Positions 51,923-63,840 of a stretch of 64,000 nucleotides of DNA are shown piece after piece. The stretch is from Octopus sinensis (lineage: Eukaryota). Position numbers and translations under genes: made by a program. Where the stretch lies: the NCBI RefSeq assembly GCF_006345805.1, contig NC_043006.1, positions 73,780,001 to 73,844,000 on the forward strand, in the 5' to 3' direction. Each line of letters starts with the position of its first letter. Positions within the stretch are counted from its first letter, which is position 1. The notes beneath the pieces are model-generated. The model was given only the letters and a program-made list of their open reading frames with translations. It was not told the origin of the DNA and made no database searches.

Positions 51923-52194
51923 ATTGCAAGCCCTTTCTATAATCTCTTTCAAAGAAAGATGCAAAAGAAAGGCATTGGTGCTTTGCGTCAGGAGAAAATG
52001 TGCCAGAGGAAACTAGGACTGAATCTGCATCCTGGTGATAGTGCGTCCAACACCTTGGCCACAACATTGTTGGACGCACTATCACCAGGACGCATATTCA
52101 GTCCTAGTTTCCTCTACATTTTCTCCTGACGCAAAGCACCGATGCCTTTCTTTTGCATCTTTCTTTGAAAGAGATGATAGAAAGGGCTTGCAAT
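51923..52194. repeat. Long hairpin: ~128-bp arms (51923-52052, 52068-52194), 15-nt loop
   Basis: ATTGCAAGCCCTTTCTAT...GTGCGTCCAACA versus TGTTGGACGCAC...ATAGAAAGGGCTTGCAAT, few mismatches. Confidence 0.95.
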
Positions 52195-52203
52195 ATATGT
52201 ATA

Positions 52204-52315
52204 TATCAAAATATGCAACAAGGATATCCAAGGTAGTGTAGCAAAATTGTTTCATGCTACTTCATGAAATAACTGTACTATTCTACCTTGGATATCCTTG
52301 TTGCTTAGTTTGATT
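52204..52315. repeat. Second hairpin: 22-bp perfect stem (52215-52236 / 52283-52304) plus inner stem
   Basis: GCAACAAGGATATCCAAGGTAG / CTACCTTGGATATCCTTGTTGC; inner TTGTTTCATG / CATGAAATAA. Confidence 0.9.
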
Positions 52316-52447
52316 ATAATCACCCCGTTTGATTTATATGGATAATACCATACACAATTCTAGTGCCTTTAACTTAAGTACCATATTTATCTGAATTCAA
52401 ATTTTGCTGAACTTATATATATATATATATTGTACCCATATATGCAT

Positions 52448-53689
52448 GTGTATATACATATAGATGTAGGTACGTACATATATGTATGTATCTATGCATA
52501 TGTGGAGACGCAATGGCCCAGTGGTTAGGGAAGCGGACTCGCGGTCGTAGGATCGCGGTTTCGATTCCCAGACCGGGCGTTGTGAGTGTTTATTGAGCGA
52601 AAACACCTAAAAGCTCCACGAGGCTCCGGCAGGGATGGTGGTGATCACTGCTGTACTCTTTCACCACAACTTTCTCTCACTCTTACTTCCTGTTTCTGTT
52701 GTACCTGTATTTCAAAGGGCCGGCCTTGTCACTCTCTGTGTCACGCTGAATATCCCCGAGAACTACGTTAAGGGTACAAGTGTCTGTGGAGTGCTCAGCC
52801 ACTTACACGTTAATTTCACGAGCAGGCTGTTCCGATGATTCGGATCAACCGGAACCCTCGTCGTCGTAACCGACGGAGTGCTTCCATATGCATATGTTTT
52901 ATTTATTATTTTGTTATTATATTATAGAACGCCCGCATCTACTTCTAAAGTAAGTTTTGTCTTAATATTAATAATGATGCGCACTCTTAACCTTTCTGTC
53001 CCACTCCCTCTCTCATTCTTCATTCTTTCTGGTTTTCTCTACAACCCTTCCCTTTTTTCTCTCCCTTTCTCTTACCCCACCTCCTCCCTCCCGTCGCGGA
53101 CACGCGACGAGAAGCTGCTACTGTCTTTCTGACCTGGCTTCCTTCAAGTCTGGACAGCTTTCCCTGTCTCTCTCGCCGTTCTCAAAGCGTTCAAGATATT
53201 TTCTCATTCGTTCTGGCTTAACAGCCTTCAATGTTCGTGTTACTGTTATTCTCTTGTCCTATTTTTTACTGTTTATATTTTGTATTGTTTTTACTGTACT
53301 GGTTTTGTTACCATTTTTACCTCTCCGCAAAAAAATCTCAAATTTTATTTAATTTGCTTTTTGCGGGAAGGACTGTTTCAACGAAGTCGTGTCTCGGTTT
53401 ACCTTCGAAACGCGGAGTAGATGAAACAGAGGCGGCTGGAGAAGGGGATTGTTTCTTTGTGTTGTATGTCTTGTACTCTCTTTTTTTTCCGTTGTTTAAG
53501 AAAAATGTTCATTTCTTTGGTTTTGTGTTTGTTTTCGTTTCTAATTGTGTTCGACGTTTTTTTGGTGTATATATACATATAGATGTAGGTACGTACATAT
53601 ATGTATGTATATATGCATATGTTTTATTATTTTGTTATTACATGATAGAACGTACGCATCCACTTCTAAAGTAAGTTTTATCTTAATAT
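52448..53689. repeat. Element with ~125-bp diverged direct terminal repeats; left repeat interrupted by a SINE
   Basis: GTGTATATA...GATGTAGGTACGTAC...GCATATGTTTTATT...CTTCTAAAGTAAGTTTT.TCTTAATAT at 52448-52968 (excluding SINE) and 53565-53689. Confidence 0.82.
52504..52886 (+). mobile_element. tRNA-derived SINE family C, tail type 2, with 11-bp TSD
   Basis: TATGCATATGT at 52493-52503 and 52887-52897; box A/B head GGAGACGCAATGGCCCAGTGGTTAGG...GGTTTCGATTCCC. Confidence 0.93.
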
Positions 53690-55862
53690 ATATATATATA
53701 TGTATCTTGGTTTCTGTTCTTGTTATCGTTCTTCTATACATCTATTTGCCATTCCCGAGGCTTGATGTTTTTAGCTAAAGTCTTTGGCACCGCCGGATTC
53801 GAGTAGTATGGGAAACAAAGGGGTGGAACTACAAGGACTTTCCGGACTCCGACTGATGAGCTAATCGGCTGCTAATGATCTGCGTATGTTTTTTTGTCCT
53901 GTTTGCCGTTTGTCGTGCTATCGTCTATTTTCCCGCATGCTGTGTTTTGTCGGTTTCTGTTTGTTGTGCTTTTCTGTTCATGCGGTTCTCCGTACAACCT
54001 GTTCTTTATTTTGTTAATATAGATACACTATGATGATATTTAAACCTTCTATTGGGATAGTTTTATCCATGCTACCCTGGTTTAATATATTATGTGCTGG
54101 AAAGATATTTCTTCAATGAAAGTATTATAAAACGTCAAATATTATTGATAAGTTTGAAAATGGAGAGATTCAATATATATAAATTAAATTATTCTGGGAA
54201 ATATCTTCTGGGAAAAAGGAACATTACAGAGTTTATCTTTTCATCAGATGAAAAACTCCTACAGACTAAGCAGATGAACGCATATTTATTATGATTGTGT
54301 GTGTGTGTGTTTGTGTTTTTGTGTTTGCGCATAAGACACTTCGTATCTTCTAATTTTTATCTACTTATCATTGTAAAAAATTTTATTACTTGATCTGAAT
54401 GTTTTTATATAAACTATTTTTTGACACATCGCAGAGGATATACAAAGCCTTAAAATTTCACTTACCATTGTCAAATCACTTGATTTGCATGCATTTATCT
54501 AAACTGATTTTGACACCACAGAGGATACACAAAGTCTTATACTTTACTTTAGAGAATCTTTAAATAAGTGAAACCGGTGAAGTTAATGAACATTTTAAAT
54601 GACTCCATTTGTATATATGCACACATTCAAATACGAGCGCCCACCTTATAAGTATTTTATAAATGCGCTGCTAGGCTGTTTGCTGATGCCCATGCATCTG
54701 CGTATGCAAACACCACAGAGAGGCGTTCTCTGGTATAGACGTAAACTACCAGATAAAACTACTATCTGGGCTTTAAGTGACTTCAGCGGTTTAGGTATTG
54801 TGTATTGAAATAGCATTGCATATTACTCGAATTGCCTGTAGTTGCTTCCTGGTCGCATAAATGTCAGCAGAAAGCGAATTTAGGTTTTGCATTCTAGAGG
54901 ATAAACTGGAATATTTGCTGATCGTGAAAAGAAATAACAATGTGGGTTTAACTAAGATATATATGATAGGTTTCTACTAAAGATCATCAGAGATTTCGTG
55001 GACGAGCATTTGTAGCAATATTAAAGATGTTTAGCTGTGTGTTCGTGCCTAGTGGAGTTAGAGGTGTGCTATAAATTAGTTTTCTTATCATCCGTAACGA
55101 TTGCGTATTTGTGCTTCCAAAATACATTGCAAAACGATGAAACACTACAGCAGTGTCAAAACTTACACAAAACAGCAAGAAAGTAAAGGTGAAAACACAC
55201 GAAACACATTTATTAATAATGCATTTAAAATGGCAAATATTTTATTAAGTTCTTTTTAGAGATTTATTTCCATTTCCTTTCGTTCATGTTAGTTATTTCT
55301 TTTCTCATTTACTTCTATTTCCCAAGATTTCTTTTGTTCTCAAGAATATGCAGAGGAAATATAGAAAACTGATTATAAACATACAAGAAAATTAAAGGAA
55401 AATAAGAATACGAAATATTTAATGGAAATGACGTGGGAAATATTAAATTGCTACTTTCAAGAAATTTAATTATAGATTTGATTATTAATTGCTGCAGATA
55501 ATGAGGAAATGTCTGAAAGATGTTTGTAAGTAAAAAAAATTTATATATATTGCAAAGATAATTTAGATAAAATGAATATACATGGCTCTTAATAATTCAT
55601 AAGTTTTAAAATAATTCTAAGCCAGGAATTTAAACAACCATTATGTATAATACTCTGATTCTTTCTTCCTTCTCTGAAATATAAAAACATCCAAACGCAC
55701 ATACTACCATTGGCACGCGATCGCTAATTCACTTTCTAATATATAATAAGCATTTCTTATGTGTCACCCAGTACATGTAAACAGAATAAAACAGAAATAA
55801 AATAGAATAAAACAAGTAAAACAAATGGAAAATATATTGAATTATATTCGAAAAGGCAGGGA

Positions 55863-56170
55863 CACCTACCTACCTACATACCTACCTACCTACCTACCTA
55901 CCTACCTACCTACCTACCTACCTACCTACCTACCTACCTACATACCTACCTACCTACCTACCTACCACCTACCTACCTACCTAACTACCTACCTACTTAC
56001 CTACCTACCTAACTACCTACCTACTTACCTACCTACCTAACTACCTACCTAACTACCTACCTACTTACTTACCTACCTACCTACCTACCTACCAACCTAC
56101 CTACCTACTAACCAACCTACCTACCTACCTACCTACTAACCAACCTACCAACCTACCAACCTAACCAACC
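55863..56170. repeat. (CTAC)n microsatellite degenerating to CTAAC/CCAAC variants
   Basis: Directly visible; abuts the palindrome's left arm. Confidence 0.95.
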
Positions 56171-56672
56171 TATATATACAAACATATATACATATATATA
56201 TATAATATAAAATTGGATTTAATCCTAAATCTGATTTTTTTCCCTGTAAATTTGGATTTATTCCCTAATATTTATTATTATATATACATATATATACATA
56301 TATATATCCTTACATATATGTATACATATATACATACATATATACACGCGTACGCACACGCACGCATACAAATATATTTGTATGTAATTCATGTACTAAT
56401 ACGAGAATATTTTCATATTACATTAAGTAAGAGAAAAACGCTGGAAGAATTGAGTTTTTTCAATTTCGTATGTTTGTAATATATTTATAGTTAAAACTTT
56501 TTTATACAAAATTTTGTATGCTGCTTCTCGTAATGATAGGACACATTCTCAACGGGAGTAGCCGCAACTCGGACACGGACATTTATTAAAGTGTATAATG
56601 CATAAGAGAGATATGTGCAGTCATTTACGGGCAGCTTTCGCATATGTTATCATTTCTTCATATTTTGAAATA

Positions 56673-56745
56673 ATTTAACTGAAGAAGGTTTAGGTAATGG
56701 ATGTATTTCCAGTTATGTAATCCGTAAACCAGAAACGTATTAAAT
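56673..56745 (+). ncRNA. Type-I hammerhead-like motif in palindrome left arm
   Basis: AUUUAA-CUGAAGA-A-GGUUUA...UAAACC-A-GAAA-CGUA/UUAAAU: perfect 6-bp stem I, 6-bp stem II, palindromic ACGU; one extra A before GAAA. Confidence 0.6.
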
Positions 56746-56901
56746 CATCTCAAAATATTACTGTTTGGTTTCACTTCATTATTACAACTTATGTATAAGC
56801 GCGAGTGTGTTTGTCTAGGTAGGTATACCTAGACAAACACACTCGCGCTTATACATAAGTTGTAATAATGAAGTGAAACCAAACAGTAATATTTTGAGAT
56901 G

Positions 56902-56974
56902 ATTTAATACGTTTCTGGTTTACGGATTACATAACTGGAAATACATCCATTACCTAAACCTTCTTCAGTTAAAT
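56902..56974 (-). ncRNA. Type-I hammerhead-like motif in palindrome right arm
   Basis: Reverse complement of 56673-56745. Confidence 0.6.
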
Positions 56975-57563
56975 TATTTCAAAATATGAAGAAATTGATA
57001 ACATATGCGAAAGCTGCCCGTAAATGACTGCACATATCTCTGTTATGCATTATACACTTTAATAAATGTCCGTGTCCGAGTTGCGGCTACTCCCGTTGAG
57101 AATGTGTCCTATCATTACGAGAAGCAGCATACAAAAATTTTTGTATAAAAAAGTTTTAACTATAAATATATTACAAACATACGAAATTGAAAAAACTCAA
57201 TTCTTCCAGCGTTTTTCTCTTACTTAATGTAATATGAAAATATTCTCGTATTAGTACATGAATTACATACAAGTATATTTGTATGCGTGCGTGTGCGTAC
57301 GCGTGTATATATGTATGTATATATGTATACATATATGTAAGGATATATATATGTATATATATGTATATATAATAATAAATATTAGGGAATAAATCCAAAT
57401 TTACAGGGAAAAAAATCAGATTTAGGATTAAATCCAATTTTATATTATATATATATATGTATATATGTTTGTATATATATATGTGTGTATATATATATAT
57501 GTGTGTGTATATGTATGTATATGTATATGTGTATATATGTATGTGTATATGTATATGTGTATA

Positions 57564-57610
<47 letters not shown>

Positions 57611-58327
57611 CGGGAAGCTTTATGAAAATAAACAAAAGACGAAGGCAGGTGGAAAACAAATGTATATATATATGTATATATGTATATGTATGTATATGTA
57701 TATATATATACGCACGTATATACTTATATATATATGCATATTAGGTTAGATTACGCAATGTGTACTAAAATTTAACTTTCAAGAAAGAGCGAGAAGTTTC
57801 CTCTTAATGTAATACAAATATTTTCTCAGGTCTTTGTGATTATGTATAACTACACACACACACTCACACACAAACACACACATGTGTGTGTTTGTGTGTG
57901 TGTTTCTCAGTAACATCTCCCAATGTGTTACATTATCGTGTTTTGAAACGTATAGATAGTCGTAAATGAGAGAAATACGAAAGGGAAATGAAATGTTAAA
58001 GAAATAACATCTTAACATTTGCTACATTAAAGACAGAAATAAAACAACTTTAAGTCATGCAAGAACTTTTAAATAGTGATAAAGAAAATTTAATACTGAA
58101 ACAAAAATATCCCATTTTCTCCTCCTTTGGTGATTTTGCCCTTGTTTATTCAATATTCGTATACATGTATGCAAATGTATATGCCTCTATGTATGGGTAT
58201 GCACATGTATATGCGTATGTATGTATGTATGTATGTATGCATATTCCTATAGACATATATTTATATATAGATATATATGTTGCGTAATATTTATATACAT
58301 ATGTGTATATGTACCTCTCTCTCTTTC

Positions 58328-58368
<41 letters not shown>

Positions 58369-60222
58369 ATATATATAACCTTCCCCCACATCAGGAGTCA
58401 CCAACGAAATTTTCGTTTCAACAATCTAGTAAACAACCATGCACAGCAAACTCGTACCACATGCAATAATTACCAACGACGGCCCCCTAAAAGACCACAA
58501 CTGAACATGGGATATTGGGACACAGCTTACAATACCGTTCCAAGAACCCGCACCATAAATCACAACACAGCACCCCGCAACAATAAGGAATAACTGCATA
58601 ACAGCTATCGTTCCAACCACCGCAATCATTTGTTAGACCAATACGCAAACACAGAGACACGAGATAGCACCAAACAGGCAGGAGGAACCAAAAGTGATAA
58701 AAATTATCAAGCTAACTCATAAAGGACTAACAGCAAAGCAAATCAATATACTCTCCAAAGGGTTCAAGTTTCCACCCACCCCTCAACGCCCCAACTACAA
58801 CGAAATGATAGAAGACATAACGGATTTCTGTAGAAAATTACGACTCGCTCAGGAGCTATGCGATAAACACAACGAGGACGAATCGTTGGTCCGAAATAGA
58901 AGTAATTGCACCCCCTCAAAAAGTAAGAACAAAACTCTTGATCATTTCTGTGAATACATCTCGAATTACCCATATCAAAATATGCCCAAACAAAAACACA
59001 AACCAAACTTCAGCAAAAGAGAATGGGCTGAGCTGAACAAATTTAAAGATGACAAAACAATAACAATCAAAGAGGCTGATAAAGGGAGTGCAATTGTCTT
59101 AATGGGCACGGTATACTGTATAACTCTAGTACTATCCATATTAGAAGACAACATAATATGAAAAGGTCCAACACTACAGTCAGCAGAAAATAATTAGAGA
59201 CCTAAAATCTATGTTAAACCTATACAGAGAAGTGCTCACCGACAAAGAATATGACTATATGACCAATTTCAAATGTAAAACCAGTCAATTCTACGGTATT
59301 CCCAAGATACACAAAAGGGAGAAAATAAGTAACGCATGCAAGATAGCCACAGACATAATAATCAAAGTCCCAACTCCTAATGACTTCAAATTGAGACCTA
59401 TAATAGCAGGTCCCGCATGCGAAACCCACCACCTCAGCAACGTTTTGGATACCCCTTAAAACCATTCCTCAAGCATGTCAAAAGCTACATAAGGGACGAT
59501 CTGGATCTATTCAATCACCTTCCTGAAACAATAAACAAAAACACACTACTAGTATCCTTCGATGTAGTAAACCTCTATTCCAATATCTCCCATAACCTAG
59601 GAATAGAGACAATTCAATTCTGGCTAGAGAATTTTGCCTACGAACTCCCACATCGCATCAAAAAAGAATTCGTGATAGAAAGGCTTAAATTTATCTTGAA
59701 GAATAACTACTTCGTATTGAAAGACAACTTCTATCGATAAAATTCGGGGACTACAATGGATTCGAGATTGGTCCTCTCCTTTGTTAACCTGGTCATGAGA
59801 TATCAAGAAATTAGTCTTTATGGAAAGGCTGTAGAAAAATACGGCAGCCTATTTTCCCTCTACATAGAAAATAACTGGAAGAGATCCCTGGATGACGGTT
59901 TAATTCTTTGGCATGAAAGTATAGAGAGACTTAAAGAACTTCAAGCACTTATAAATGGACTTTACATAAACATTCAATTCATGATGGAATACAGCCATTA
60001 ACAACTTCCCTTACTTGACTTCCTCATTGAGAAAACTAACAACATAATAGAAACACATATACGCTATAAGCCCACAGACTGCACGCAATATCTACCGTTC
60101 AACTCATGTCTCCACAGACACACCAGAATGAAAATTCCCCTCAACCTAGCAGAAAGAATAAGTACTATAGTTTTTAATGCAAGCACCTGGGACATACGAC
60201 GACATGAACTAAAGGATACACT

Positions 60223-60531
60223 TGTAACGAACTTAGTGTGAGTGAATATATCTTCTCTTGTACTTTCGGGGTACAAGAAAGCAATCACTAGCCGTTGCTT
60301 TAATAATCCAGAATTCTACCAGTCAGAAACAACAAGACGCAGACGTAAAAAATATATATACTACTTTATTCTCTTTCTTGGTAACAATAACAATAAGTGG
60401 TTATCTGATGTCCTTGGTTCGGGGCGCGCAAGGCTGAAAGTTAATCGATTGTAATATTTACAATATTCAGCCGCTAAAACCAGAACGGGTTCAAGATGGC
60501 GTCGAACAGGGAAGTTGAATGTGGTCGGCAA
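60223..60531 (-). repeat. Truncated 3' LTR (309 bp; U3-side half missing)
   Basis: Matches 61702-62009, then diverges abruptly. Confidence 0.88.
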
Positions 60532-61680
60532 AAGTGCAAACATGCTGGTGTGATGCGCGACACAGATAATTTTCTGTTAATTACGTGACCAACAGTGGTC
60601 TAACAGGGAAAAATAATTACGCCTAAACATGGCGCAGCGCATGTGAACATCCGACGTCCTATGAGTCGGGAAAAGAATTAAACTAGCGCAAACGTGTTGC
60701 AAAAAACAAGGCAGCACACGTGCGAAGCAAAAGGCGCATGAAATGCAATAGAGCTTGCCAGACCGAAAAAACAGCAAATGAATATGCCTGTGGTTGAGCG
60801 ATTATATGCCTCGTTCGTACAGGAACAAAGGTATGACATGCTGGCGCGTTATAATGGACAAACAACCCTCTCTATGTATACGTGACCGACCTAGGGTCTA
60901 TAGAAATGAGGGGTGTCCACGAAAGGCAAATTTAGCATGGAAAAAAAAACAAGCGAGAAAAGCATGTGTGACGTATGTATGTGAGAGAGAGCATTTATGT
61001 GTGTGTACGTGTGTGCGACAGAAATACATACAAGGTGAATGCGAGCAAAATATAAAAAAAATACAGCGCATAGAAAAAATGTCTCTCATGGCTATCCAGA
61101 CAATGGTTAATTTACCAGTCTGTAATAGCCTGATGCACAATAGTAGTTCGTTCTGTAACAGAAATGTTGAAATCACAAAATGCAGATGCCGGTTGAATAC
61201 AATGTGTAGCGGTTGTAGCTTCAATGCTGTGACAGGTTAACTGGAACAGAAGAATCTCGTAGATAGACGGTGCTGTAAATCCTTGGTGTGCATATGCACA
61301 TACAGCGTGCACGCTAAAGTTCCGCGAGTTGCTATGTACATCTTGTGGAGGTCGACGGTGTTGAAAGGCGACGGTGGTAGTGGAAGGCGACTGTAGTGGA
61401 CTTGAGACAACATCGTTCTTAGTGATGATGGCGACGAAGATAGCGACGACGTGAAGTAGAAAGACGACGATGGCGATGACGAAGGTGGAGAAAAGGCATC
61501 GAATATATGATGGCGTCCGTCATCATGGCTGTAGAATAAGAAAGAGGCTCCTTCTACAACTGTTTGTAGCGGCCGGAAACAAATCGTCGAAAGATGAATG
61601 CGTAGAGTTAAAACGTGTTCCGACTTCGCAGAAAAAACTGGATTTTTTTGTTGATAAGTGATCTCTGGTTTTAGACCAGA

Positions 61681-61700
61681 ATCACGTCGGGAGGTCACCA
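61681..61700 (-). promoter_or_regulatory. Primer-binding site, tRNA-Trp type
   Basis: Minus strand TGGTGACCTCCCGACGTGAT, 1 nt after the LTR CA; the complement of the tRNA-Trp 3' end is TGGTGACCCCGACGTGAT (2-nt insertion here). Confidence 0.88.
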
Positions 61701-61701
61701 G

Positions 61702-62314
61702 TGTAACGATCTTCGATGTGTGAATAGATCTTCTCTTGTACTTTCGGGGTACAAGAAAGCAATCACTAGCCGTTGCTTTAATAATCCAGAATTCTACCAG
61801 TCAGAAACAACAAGACGCAGACGTAAAATATATATATACTACTTTATTCTCTTTCTTGGTAACAATAACAATAAGTGGTTATCTGATGTCCTTGGTTCGG
61901 GGCGCGCAAGGCTGAAAGTTAATCGATTGTAATATTTACAATATTCAGCCGCTAAAACCAGAACGGGTTCAAGATGGCGTCGAACAGGGAAGTTGAATGT
62001 GGTCGGCAACAATTTGGTTAAAGGCATTCGGCCGACTGCTGCTAGAATCAAGTCCTGACGGAGAGAGAATATACGTGACCGTTGCCTTCGATAGCCATGT
62101 CTCAAAGTCCCCGCTGACTGCTGCCAGTGGTCAAACGTTCTACGACCCCCTTGCCTCGCTAACTGCTACGTAGGCAATAGGGTTCTTCTTCCGGTGCTTC
62201 GCGCATGCGCGAGAGGGCCCTTCCTTTCTGTGCCTTGGTGAAGGCACCAACACTCGCACGCGCGAAATAGAAAATGGACGGTGCGCGCGCGCGCACCGTT
62301 ATAGGATCACTACA
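61702..62314 (-). repeat. Complete 5' LTR (613 bp)
   Basis: Imperfect terminal inverted repeats TGTAACGATC / GATCACTACA; followed on the minus strand by the PBS. Confidence 0.85.
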
Positions 62315-63010
62315 CACTCATAACCAGCAACTACCCACCTTAACTAATTGACATATGCTTTCAACGTGCCCTACAATACAACATCCACGAACTCAGATAT
62401 CCCAAATTAAAGAAGGATTTACAACCAAAAGCCCTACCATTCATCTCCACACACAGCCCACTTAACAATGAAGCCTTCGACACCATCCTTCAAAACATTC
62501 CCCTGTTAAAAAAGGACCTCAGAATGAACTTAATCCTCCAAACACACACCATCATAACAAGCAAGAGACAGCCCAAATCTATGAAAAATCTCCTAATACA
62601 AGCCTGAATACGCTCAACAACAACACGGAAGCCGTCAGTAAAAAAAATGCGGAAGACCCAACTGTGGGATACGCGTCAATTTAATTGTATAGTTTAACTC
62701 TGCAAAATTCGAAGCCCCGCGTTACCTGCACTCAAAGCTGAATGAAATGCAGAGACGAAACGCCGGCGCAGGAGGGATTGTTTATCGATATTATTATCGA
62801 TGCATCTTTCCAGGTGCATATTACTGAGTTGGCAATAAAATGCAGGCGGCTTGTCGCATGTAATTTCCAGATCGAGAGAACTGGAAAAACCACGATGCTT
62901 CTCAGGAGGATAAAATGTACTAATCACTTAGCCACGCGCCTCTGCTCTCGTATCTACATACATAGAGATACATTTATATATACATGATATACACTTGTAT
63001 ATGTGTTTTT

Positions 63011-63195
63011 GTGTTTGTTGCCTCGTACCGCTTGACAGTGTTGGCTTGCATACGTTTCAGTAACATGGCAGTTTAGCAAAAAAGTGCAATAGAATAAGAG
63101 CAAGGAATAAGTGCTGGCGTTCATTTGTTAGACTTAACCCTTCAAAACTGTGACCCAGTTTGGTCGCATTCCAATGAATAGCTCAAATAAAATGA
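63011..63195 (+). mobile_element. Diverged SINE family A 3' half
   Basis: CGCTTGACAGTGTTGG...TTAGCAAAAAAG...TAGAATAAG...CATTCCAATGAATAGCTCAAATAAAA loosely matches the family tail. Confidence 0.55.
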
Positions 63196-63734
63196 TAAAG
63201 TAAAGCGACAGAAAAACATTTCGACGGCGTTTAATATTAGTAATATCGAAATAGTTAAAATTGTTAGTTTCAATGACAAGACTCAGTTGTGCCTGCAATG
63301 AAATAACTTACAGATGTTTGCAATAAAATTATTATTTAATGGTTATAATAACATAGCTAAGATTCAGTTATAATGAATCCTAACCTTGTTGGAATAAAAC
63401 AGTTTAGGAATACTTTCAATGAAAACACCGCAGCTGAGATAAAGCGGATGAAATTAGAAATTTATTAAAGTTTCTAGGCGCGTGTCATCATTCGGGTTGC
63501 TCGGAGCCCCCTCATAAAAGTTCCAAATGCATATAAATGCTGAACCACGACGGATTTTCAGGGAAACCGTTATTGTATCATGTTACAGATAAACTTGATA
63601 GATATCTGTAACTGGATACAATAAAATTTCTCTGAGAATTGGTGTTGGGCATCAGCAAGGATTTGGAAATTCTAAGGTAGGACTCGAAAGAAGCATAACG
63701 ATGAAACGTGCGTAAGAACTTTATATACATACAC

Positions 63735-63744
63735 AAACACACAC

Positions 63745-63826
<82 letters not shown>
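63735..63826. repeat. (CA)n microsatellite
   Basis: Directly visible. Confidence 0.97.

Positions 63827-63840
<14 letters not shown>

Larger units (their letters stand above)
56171..57479. repeat. ~1.3-kb palindrome, ~650-bp arms, ~6-nt spacer (AGGTAT, 56821-56826)
   Basis: The same peptide appears in ORFs 56213(+) and 57171(-); arms are reverse complements with a handful of differences. Confidence 0.97.
60223..62314 (-). mobile_element. Non-coding, internally deleted LTR retrotransposon (probably Ty3/gypsy-type)
   Basis: TG...CA termini, CACT TSD (60219-60222, 62315-62318), tRNA-Trp PBS, two LTR copies, no recognisable gag/pol. Confidence 0.9.
58375..62690 (+). mobile_element. Penelope-like retroelement pseudogene (RT domain), interrupted at 60223-62314 and truncated before GIY-YIG
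   Basis: LSKGFKFPPTP, IKEADKGSAIVLM, FYGIPKIHK, LRPIIAG, LVSFDVVNLYSNI, RSLDDGLILW, LPLLD, YKPTDCTQYL; the frame resumes after the insertion (KDTL-ITSNYPP...RAL) to KKCGRPNCG; stops and frameshifts present. Confidence 0.93.

Noticed and set aside
55498-55525. 28-nt candidate micro-exon (CAG...GTAAGT)
   Set aside because: Weak polypyrimidine tract and no neighbouring exons; such motifs arise by chance in AT-rich DNA.
55980-56170. CCTAAC variants as interstitial telomeric repeat
   Set aside because: They are isolated variants within a (CTAC)n microsatellite, not tandem TTAGGG/TTAGG units.
60794-61698. ORFs inside the LTR element as gag
   Set aside because: No CCHC knuckle or other recognisable gag/protease motif; low-complexity Ser-rich or microsatellite-derived.
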